DNA of 64,000 bases from Longimicrobiales bacterium. Its GTDB lineage: Bacteria; Gemmatimonadota; Gemmatimonadetes; Longimicrobiales; Gaopeijiaceae. Within the stretch, counting starts at the first letter, position 1; each line of letters opens with the position of its first letter. The translations under genes were made by a program, and so were the position numbers. The stretch spans positions 352,001-416,000 of the forward strand of contig CBDCNQ010000005.1 of NCBI GenBank assembly GCA_965219445.1. Direction: 5' to 3'. Of the stretch, positions 56,063 to 64,000 are shown piece by piece. The notes below the pieces were generated by a model. It had not been told where the DNA came from and made no database searches. It saw nothing but the letters and a program-made list of their open reading frames with translations.

Positions 56063-56174
56063 GACGACCGGCTTCAGCTCGCGGCACGCGAACTTCAGAA
56101 GCTGGAAGCCGAAGGATCTCAACCGCCTCCTATCAATTTTGGCGTCTATGCGCGGTCAGGAGACAAAGTCGTGA
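56063..56174 (+). pseudogene. C-terminal remnant of an XRE regulator (CapH-like)
   Basis: DDRLQLAARELQKL/KPKDLNRLLSILASMRGQETKS* across a frameshift; GTGA overlap with the next gene. Confidence 0.55.
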
Positions 56175-56655
56175 CTGTCAGTACGCGCACACAGCTCGCG
56201 AGGCAGGCGCTCGAAAAGTCGCTTGAGGTGCGCGAGGAGTACGGCTATGACTTCCGGTCGCCTTTGTGCGTGTACGATCTCTCCGACTGTGCAGGCGTGA
56301 AAGTGCAGTTCGTCAATGACGTGAGCATGGAAGGCGTGTACGCTGCACTCGCCAAGCCGACGATCCTGCTCTCGTCTCTTCGCCCTCTCGCCCGCCGTGC
56401 CTTCACGTGCGCCCACGAACTTGGGCATCACGTCTTTGGGCATGGATCAACCATCGACGAGCTTAGAGACGGTTTCCAGAGCGGAATGTCCTCCTCAAAC
56501 GAGTTCCTTGCAGACACCTTCGCGGGCTTCATCCTGATGCCAGCCCAAGGCGTGAAGCGAGCCTTCTCCACGCGTGGGCTCGCTGCGACAACAGCGACGC
56601 CAGAGGACATCTACACGGTCGCATCGTCCTTTGGGGTCGGGTACGAAACGATCAT
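56171..56655 (+). pseudogene. ImmA/IrrE (CapP-like) zinc metallopeptidase, 3'-truncated
   Basis: SMEGVY, RRAFTCAHELGHH, EFLADTFAGFILMP, ASSFGVGYET. Confidence 0.85.
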
Positions 56656-56775
56656 CGGTGTCGTGCACGCTGGGAAACACGGTCAGTGTTGTTGCGCCAA
56701 TTCCCGCCCTTGCCGTGGCACATGGTGCGTGTCTGCCCTTGCCCGATTTCCTGTCTGTTCCTTCGGTGTTGTGGC

Positions 56776-57060
56776 TCAGGTGCCGTCGATGGTCAGCGAT
56801 ACGAAATTAGACTCGAAGAGCTTCTTGTCGTCCCGCACTTCGCACCGCTGAAGGCAGTAGAGTTTCCAGTACATCGCCCACGTAGGATGGTCGGGAGAAA
56901 AATGCTCAATGTTCAGCTCGAGTTCTTCTGCTCTCTGAGCAGTGATGACTTGTCCGTGAGTGCGATTGGACCGCGGATCCAGGAGCTCCTCAACGACGGC
57001 GGTGTATGGAACCGTTGACGAGCCCTTCAAGAGATCCTCGTCCAAGGCACGAGTACGCGC
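56776..57060 (-). pseudogene. SDH/Clp-fold serine protease C-terminal fragment
   Basis: THGQVITAQRAEELEL...W...WKLY...KLFES. Confidence 0.5.
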
Positions 57061-57168
57061 CACAACACGACGGACCGTGTCCGATCTCGTGATCGTCGCG
57101 TCCACCGACCGGTAGTAACGCAGCACAAGTCCCGCAGCGGCTTGGAAGGCGTCATGTCCGACACGTGT

Positions 57169-58432
57169 TTACCGGGACCGGTCGGGACCTCCTCTCCGTG
57201 TATAAGCCTCTTCTGGATAGACGTAACCGGGATCCAGGGTGGTCCCGTCCTCTGGCATGATTCGCAGGAGGTTGTCCCGGGCCACTTTCTCTGCAGCGCC
57301 AGTGGTCAATCTCGATAGGAGCCGATCGTACCGGCGGACAGTATCCTCGTACCCTTCGTAGCGCCCAACCGCATCTGATCCAATCACGAAGTTGTCGGGG
57401 TATTGCTCGATCAATCCCGTCCACGCACTCAGGTCCTCTAGCACGTAGTCCTCGTATACCACCCAGGATAGGTCAATGTAGACGTGGTTTCTGTGAGTCG
57501 CGAGTACCGACGCCAGAACTACTGGAAGAGAATCGAACGACTATGCGACGGCTGATGCCGGCATGGCACCAGATGAAGGTCGTGTTGGAGAACTCGTTGA
57601 ACGCATGCAGCAGCTCCGGAAGATAGTCGGTGTCCCTCGCCTCTCCTTGCGGGGAGATGGGGGCAACGTTGTGGTGAATGCTCACAGGTAGACCGACTCG
57701 GCCAGCGAAGTCGAAGATGCGGAACAGTGCCGGGTGATCCGCGTGAGGACGCTCACCGGTCGTCAGGTTGGTCAAGTCATCGTGGCGAGACATCACCTCG
57801 CCGATTCCCTTGAACACACCGGGGAATTCCTTAATGCGCTTTACGATCATGTCCACCGCACCGAGGTCCGTCCCGTCGAATCCGGAGACAAACGGGAACA
57901 GCCGTTCGAGCTGAGCCGCCGCCCCGTGTACTCGGCGGTAGTCTTCGATCGCTAGTGCTAGGACATAATCAGTGTCTCGCGCTCGCACGACGCGGGAACT
58001 GCTATCCAGGTAATACGTTGGCCGGGAGGGGTCACCCACCGCCCATTTCTTGAGAAAGGGCATACCCGTGATGACCGCGTGGCTCACGTTGGCCTGGTCC
58101 ATGGCCCACAGCACCGCCTCGATACGCCGGCCCCGTTCGCCAGCGGGCAGAGTGTTGGCCGGAGAGCTGTAGACTAGCCTCCCATCGACGAGGTATTCGC
58201 CGTTCTGTAGAAAGTCCAGGATATGGAGGTGGGAGTCGGCCGTGAGGGGAACCTGCACCGTCGGACTCACAGGCACGGGCGCCGAGGGCCTGGGAGGGCC
58301 ATGCTGGGTTTGAGTTGCGCACGCCACCAACGTCGGCAACACCGTGACCATCAGTCCCACCGCGCGCAACGGACACGATTGAACTCCCTGGCCAGTGCCC
58401 AAAGCCAACCTACGTCCAGCAACTTCGATCAC
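57169..58432 (-). CDS. Amidohydrolase-family lipoprotein, frameshift near 57535
   Basis: DSHLH, GIGEVMSRHDDLT, SIHHN, WCHAG; second frame VYIDLSW...FVIGSD. Confidence 0.82.
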
Positions 58433-58494
58433 GAGCCGACCTCCTAGCGTCGCTTCAGATTCGCCGCGAACACGGGAGAAAAGATAGCCACCGT

Positions 58495-58625
58495 CCAGAG
58501 GGGAAAGATAGCGCGCCGCAAGCTGAGTCTGCTACAGCTGGCCCAGGAGTTCGGCAAGGTGAGCAAGGCGTGCAAGATCGTGGGCTACAACAGCCGGCAG
58601 CAGTTCTACGAGATCAGGAGGAACA
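58495..58625 (+). mobile_element. IS481-family transposase 5' fragment
   Basis: KIARRKLSLLQLAQEFGKVSKACKIVGYNSRQQFYEIRRN. Confidence 0.75.
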
Positions 58626-58629
58626 CGCT

Positions 58630-58815
58630 AAGCTTCCGTGCGGGCGGAAGTTGTTGTAGTCGGCCCGCCAGTGATCGAGGACCCGCTGGGCGTCCTCGAG
58701 ATCGATGAACCAGTGTTGCCGATAGGCACTCACGCCGAAGCAGCGAGTTGAACGCCTCGATATGGGCGTTGTCGGTCGGCTTGCCCGGTCGGCTGAAGGA
58801 GAGCCGTATTCGGTT
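58630..58815 (-). mobile_element. IS3-family transposase 3' fragment
   Basis: FSRPGKPTDNAHIEAFN..LRRECL / HWF...WRADYNNFRPHGSL. Confidence 0.8.
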
Positions 58816-58864
58816 CCCAAGGGGTGTGGGGTGTGATGCGCCCTCCGAGTTCATCGTGGTTTGA

Positions 58865-59050
58865 TCAGAGGTCTACGCTGAGGCCAGTGCGAAGATTGAA
58901 GTCACCGTTCGAGAGGCCCTCCGGTGGGCGTGAGCCCCGTCGCCACTCAAGTGAGACCGTCGCCCGGAGAGTATCTGTGAGCGGTATCGAACCGCTCAGC
59001 TCGTTCAGAACCCTGGCATCCCCCAAATCCGTCAGTTCAGGGGTCGTCAT
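58865..59050 (-). pseudogene. DUF481-like outer-membrane protein C-terminal fragment
   Basis: PELTDLGDARVLNE...SRPPEGL...D...TGLSVDL. Confidence 0.45.
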
Positions 59051-59289
59051 GTCGTTCTCCCGAAAGGTTCGGATGTTGTGAAAAAACGATTCCTAAACCC
59101 TTCCGGGAGCGGCGTGGCCACCGCCGCCGCGCCCGACTCTTAACGGTCGCGCGCCGGCGGCCTAACTGTCAGGTGATGACCGTATCAATACACCTTGGTC
59201 CTTACACCTTGGTCCTTTGGCGTCCCGGGCGTTCGCCCGGCGCACGCTTTGCTCTTGCTCCACGGGGAAGCGGTTGCGATAGTCGGGGC

Positions 59290-59679
59290 ATGGAGACGAG
59301 GGGATTCATCCGGCGCCGCGGTTTCTGGCTGCTCGCGCTGCTGTGGCTGCCGGCCGGTGTCATGGCGACTGCGGCGGTGCGCTTCGGACCGGGGACGGGA
59401 TCGGTGCCGCCCGGCATGTGGGTAATGGCGATGCTGATGTCGGGGGGAGGGCTGGTGTTCGTCGCGCCCTGCGGCCTGCCGCTGGCGCTGGGTTGCCGGC
59501 GGCTCTGGCATCTGGGCTACCGCCGCGGCGCCTGGTGGGCGGGCATCGGGCTCGGTGCTGTCACGGTGGCGGCGTCGCTGTTGGCGGGGCTGCTCGGGCC
59601 GCTGGCGATCGCGATCTATGCGGCCGTGATCAGCCTGCCGGTGTGGATCGCCTGGTGGTGGTTGGCGCGCCGGAGTTGA
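59290..59679 (+). CDS. Small multi-TM membrane protein
   Basis: Four hydrophobic segments; similar to 40591-40980. Confidence 0.7.
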   Translation: METRGFIRRRGFWLLALLWLPAGVMATAAVRFGPGTGSVPPGMWVMAMLMSGGGLVFVAPCGLPLALGCRRLWHLGYRRGAWWAGIGLGAVTVAASLLAGLLGPLAIAIYAAVISLPVWIAWWWLARRS

Positions 59680-60099
59680 TAACCGACGACGGCTGCAGGC
59701 TGGCGGTCACGACCGACCTGCCCGAACGCGGATTCACCAGGAATTGGAAGTGAACGTTGCCATGGGTGACTGGTCCACGAGAATCCCGACATCCTGTTGG
59801 AGGCGCAGCGTAGCGCACGCGGCAGATGATCGAACGGCACAGTCCCAATAGCCGCGCTTTCCAGACTGATGCGCAGCCCCGACCTGCAAAAAGGGTTCAG
59901 GGTACTGCGTGATCGCAATAAGCTTGATATGACGTTCGAGAAGTTGATTGTTCGCCATGCCGAGCTCTGATGGTCGGCGACCGGATCGTGGGGGCAGTCG
60001 GGTGCAGTGGGGCCATGGGCTCTCAGGAATCAAGCGGCCTGCCAGGCGGGCGCGGATACGATGCAGTAGAAGTCAACGCCGAAAAGGTGGCTGTCCGGT

Positions 60100-60261
60100 A
60101 GCTGGGTCGTGCGTGGCTGCCCGAGCACCCGGCACGCAGTGCAGTGATGATCTGCTCCGGAGTGTGTCGCTTCCTTCCCATCCTGACCTCCTCGCTGAAA
60201 AGCTTCACAGACCAGGTCGATCCTAACATTGCACCTGGTCTCGTTTCAGGGGGTCAGGTCA
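60100..60261 (-). mobile_element. IS3-family left-end remnant with internal deletion
   Basis: [31 protein letters not shown] joined to ACRVLGQPRT. Confidence 0.82.
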
Positions 60262-60355
60262 CGGGTGCGATTATGGGGCAACTCTGGGGGCACAATACAG
60301 ATACCCCGAGCATATGAGCTTTTAGAAACAACGACTTACGGTCTTTTTATATAGG

Positions 60356-60510
60356 CGAGATCGACGCGGCGTCCCAGGTCGGAGAGTCCGGCGGCTCGGG
60401 CAATGGCGTAGAGGGAAGCCAGGACTGCCGCTGGGGCCAGATCCAGATCGAGGTTCTCCTCAGGCGCTCGGGGAGGAGCTCGAGCGTCCGCTGGCGGAGC
60501 CAGGTCCGCC
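60356..60510 (-). pseudogene. 5' half of the host ORF disrupted by the integrative element
   Basis: ENLDLDLAPAAVLASLYAIARAAGLSDLGRRVDL, ending at the core repeat. Confidence 0.6.
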
Positions 60511-60931
60511 TCTAGTACGTCGCTGGAACACTCGGGACATCGCCGTTTTGCCCGTTGTTGACACCGCATAATGCGGGCTCCTCAATATACGGGTATGGCG
60601 ATTTTGACGGCCCAGTGTTCCGACCGTCGGCGGGCGAGTTTGGCCGCTACGGCGGGAGAGCCAGGCTACCCCTTGGGGCCACGCTTCGCGGGTCCCCGGC
60701 AGGGGCTGGCGGGGGGGGGGGGGGGGGGGGGGGGGGGCGTTCCCCGCCCCCCTCGACCCCCCTTCGGGGGAGGCGGTTGGGGCACAAGCTGGAATGGACA
60801 CCTGTACCCTCCTATCTATTCGGACCTCTGCGGTCCCGTAAATCGTTACGGCACAACCGTTTGCGTTTCTGACCGTTCGGGACGGTTTCGGAGTTGCCCC
60901 TAACTCTGCCCCGATAAAGAGCGCACTACCT

Positions 60932-61066
60932 GCGGCCCAAGGAAACGAGACTGCGCGGAGCAACAAGGACGAAATCGAGCAGCGGATGACTCGTGAACAA
61001 ATCGCCGAGGCCCAACGGCTGTCCCGCGAGTGGATCGAGGCGCATCCCCAGGACGGGGGCAACTGA
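60932..61066 (+). pseudogene. Sel1-repeat protein C-terminal remnant
   Basis: AAQGNETARSNKDEIEQRMTREQIAEAQRLSREWIEAHPQDGGN*. Confidence 0.75.
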
Positions 61067-61157
61067 CGGGCTCGCGCGCTACGCCCGCGGTCACCACATT
61101 AGCCGCGCCGCAGAATCGCCAGAGATGTTAGGCGGCATTCCGCTTACCCCAACGAGC

Positions 61158-61926
61158 ATGGAATTGCCCTCTGAACCCCCTGCTTCCCTGGCTTGTCCTT
61201 GCGTTCCTAGTCGTCGTCTTTGTACTGCTCTCGGTACTGCGCTCGGCTCGATCCAACTCCGGCGAGCGGATGGTTCAGGCCGTTACGGACGGACGACTCA
61301 ACGGAAGGACATACCGCTCGCTCCACGACCTGACACTGCCAACACTAGACGGCACCACGCAGATAGACCACGTCATTGTGTCAAACTTCGGGGTCTTTGT
61401 GATCGAAACGAAGGACCTTACGGGCTGGATCTTCGGAGATGAAAGATCGAGAAAATGGACCCAGTCCATCTATGGAAATAGGTACCAGTTCATGAATCCG
61501 CTCCGTCAGAACTATAAACACCAAAAGGCCGTGGAGAATCTCCTTGGCCTCGGGACTCGATGCGTTCATTCCGTGGTCGTATTCGTGGGAAACAGCGAGT
61601 TCAAGACGATGATGCCACCCAACGTCCTGGAGCTGCGAGAACTCGTCCCCTACATCAGGTCCAAGACCGACATCCTGCTTTCCGACAAGCAGGTTGAAGA
61701 TTTGGTCCGAACCCTTAAGATATCCCGTATTTCGAAGTTCGGAACTAGACGTAGGCATGTTCGCAACCTCAGAGAGAACCAGCGTAATCCCATCTGCCCA
61801 CGGTGCGGCAAGGCGATGGTACTACGAACTGCGAAGAGTGGACCGAACTCCGGCGGTCAGTTCTGGGGATGCTCCGGATATCCGCGGTGCAGGGTTACCA
61901 GACTGAACAGCGCACCTGATGGTTGA
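61158..61926 (+). CDS. NERD nuclease-related protein with N-terminal TM helix and topoisomerase C4 zinc ribbon (probable 1-nt frameshift near 61165)
   Basis: TTQIDHVIVSNFGVFVIETK, NPLRQN, CPRCG...FWGCSGYPRC; an upstream in-frame hydrophobic stretch. Confidence 0.88.
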
Positions 61927-62018
61927 ACGCAGTCGATCTCGGAGTGCACCCATGTCCGATCCAGTCACCCGCCCCAACGTGGCTCTTTCGCTAGGAGCGT
62001 CGGAGTAGACAGACCCCA

Positions 62019-63366
62019 ATGGGAGCAATTTCAGTGAGTAACGAGAGCAAGTGGAAGCGAGCACGGCTCATTCCGGTCGTAGGAATCAAAGGTGACCGGG
62101 AAGCTGAACAGCGGGCCACGTCTGCACTCCTTGCTGTGCTCTCCATCGTCCGCGACCTCTCCCACGAGCTGCTTACTCCGCTGGGAGCCTCTTCGGCAGG
62201 CAAAGCGACCGTGGATACGTACACTGAGGTTACGCTGGACTCGCACGGCAAGTCGGTGCGGCCCGACGGCGTCATTCGCGTGACCTACGGCAAACGGTCC
62301 TTCACCGCGCTTGTCGAGGTCAAGACTGGCGATAACAGGCTCGACAAGAATCAGATCAATGAATACTGGCAGTCAGCGCGACAGGCCGGATATGACCACA
62401 TAATTACGATTTCAAATGAGATCGCGCCGTCCGGCGCTCACCCAGTCGATGGACTACAAGTGCAGAAGAACTCACCGGTGCAGGTCAGCCACTTGTCGTG
62501 GATTCGCATCCTCGCGACCCTCTTCGACTCAAGAACCACACCGGTGTAGACGACCCAGAGCAGGCCTGGATTCTGGAGGAGCTTGTTCGGTATCTGCAGC
62601 ATGATGCGTCCGGGGTTCTTCCTTTGGCCGACATGGGTAGCTCCTGGACAGCGATCAGGGACGCTTCGCGTGCCGGCACCGTCAACCGCCGAACCGTAGG
62701 ACTGCAAGATGTAGCTCGGAAGATTGACGAGATGCACACGTTCGCGGCCCTAATGCTCTCGACCGAGATTGGGGAAGACGTCGATGTGATCCACCCCAAA
62801 GCAATCCGAGATCGACCGGCTCGCATCGACAGCTTCGTGAAGGCGATGATTGATGGAGATCCGGTCACTGGACGACTCCGTATCCCGCATACGGCCGGGG
62901 ACCTCTATACTGAGATTGACCTCAGGGCTCAGCAGATGACGGCTAGCGTCGAGGTGAAGGCGCCGGATGACAAGGGTGCAGAGGACGTATCGGATGGATT
63001 GTCAGCCAACTCGCCGATGCGGATGGGGAGGTGGTTGTCGAGGCGTATGCGAAGAACGCGCGAGTACCTACCTCCGCCACCCTCGACTCCGTCCGCGGGA
63101 AACGAGGCGTCCTTCTCGGTGGGAAGAGGGCGGAGCCGTATCGGTTCGTAATCAAGCGCCGTGTGGCGATGCCCCACGGTCGCAAGCCTACATCCCGCAA
63201 GCCGGGCTTCGTGGACGGATACATGGCGCTGCTTGCCGAATTTTATGAGGAGGTAGTGCAGGACCTCACCTCTTGGCAGCCATCTGCACCCATGAGGAAA
63301 GCGCCGGCCGAAGCAAAAGAGCTGGAGCCGACGTCAGACGACTGGGCTTGGTCGCCGACGGAGTAG
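62019..63366 (+). pseudogene. PD-(D/E)XK-like nuclease-fold protein in three frames (breaks near 62520 and 62980)
   Basis: ARLIP...EQRATSALLAV, RPDG, ALVEVKTG, ITISNE; consecutive ORFs 62019, 62498, 63031. Confidence 0.7.
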
Positions 63367-63480
63367 GCGCTTCATCTGACGGCGTTTCCGAAGGATGGGG
63401 AGACAGCCCAGTGATCCTTGCTTTACTGGTGTTTGGCTTCGCGCTCCGGCTAACTGGCTATCAGCTTGAGAAGGTCAAGT

Positions 63481-63971
63481 GAGGTTGGGTCAATAGGTGT
63501 GTAAACGTATCAGGCGGCATTCTTCCTCTGTTGAGTTGAGACGGGCTTTCCGTCTTCGAACTTCCTTCCTTCAAACACGTCCTTGAGGAGGTGAGGACCA
63601 GCTCCTTCGTCCGCCTCGCGAACAACGGCAGCACCCGACTCTCGAACCGCTCCTCGACGCCCCGAACCCGAGGGCGTCGGAGTGTGATCGTGCCCGAGCT
63701 CATCGCCAACCGCCTCGGCAGAGTACAGATGGTGTGTAAACGTATCAGGCGGCATTCTTCCTCTGTTGAGTTGAGACGGGCTTTCCGTCTTCGAACTTCC
63801 TTCCTTCAAACACGTCCTTGAGGAGGTGAGGACCAGCTCCTTCGTCCGCCTCGCGAACAACGGCAGCACCCGACTCTCGAACCGCTCCTCGACGCCCCGA
63901 ACCCGAGGGCGTCGGAGTGTGATCGTGCCCGAGCTCATCGCCAACCGCCTCGGCAGAGTACAGATGGTGTG
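63481..63971 (-). mobile_element. IS256-family internally deleted remnant carrying a 235-bp tandem duplication (63496-63971)
   Basis: GTITLRRPRVRGVEERFESRVLPLFARRT; end TTTACACACCTATTGACCCAACCTC; units start at 63496 and 63731. Confidence 0.8.
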
Positions 63972-64000
63972 AATCCCGGCAAGAATCATGATGGATCTGA

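Larger units (their letters stand above)
46822..60367 (+). mobile_element. 13.5-kb tyrosine-integrase integrative element
   Basis: CGAGATCGACGC direct repeat at 46822-46833 and 60356-60367; integrase next to attL; GGGGCA arm pairs at 46952-46971 and 60274-60292; IHF-like sites at 46882 and 60326; internal alpA. Confidence 0.85.

Noticed and set aside
60711..60737. 27-nt poly-G run as a G-quadruplex or phase-variation tract
   Set aside because: Long G homopolymers are a common sequencing or assembly artefact and cannot be validated without reads

Overview
GC-rich bacterial DNA. The expanded Ser/Thr kinase family (N-terminus MxDPxxRLNAALEGRYxIERELGEGGM, C-terminal TolB/PD40 repeats) and the TonB-receptor types suggest Gemmatimonadota, possibly marine or sponge-associated (inference). 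The window has two parts. (1) 1-22 kb is mostly intact accessory genes: soxR divergent from a Sox-box-controlled SDR + QueA-like operon; an XRE-PAS regulator and a frameshifted double-receiver protein; a VOC protein; a MarR operon with a tandem operator; oxidoreductases; a CoA-transferase/DASS/CitE-like lyase/class I fumarase cluster suggestive of C5-dicarboxylate catabolism; a kinase-TolB protein; and a TonB receptor + DUF4249 pair. (2) 22-64 kb is a heavily decayed mosaic island: IS21, IS256, IS481 and many IS3 copies or fragments; plasmid par/mob remnants; defence and toxin remnants; and three TonB/flotillin cargo blocks. The clearest hidden structure is a 13.5-kb tyrosine-integrase element (46822-60367). 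It has 12-bp direct-repeat cores, IHF-like sites and arm-type sites, and it splits a host ORF that excision would restore in frame. A near-identical end lies inverted at 21996-22090, with its core on the start codon of a TonB receptor, and a third related site is at about 60.8-60.9 kb. Five stubs of the kinase 5' end recur at gene junctions. No rRNA, tRNA or CRISPR array was seen. Family assignments come from motif recognition by eye; no database searches were run.
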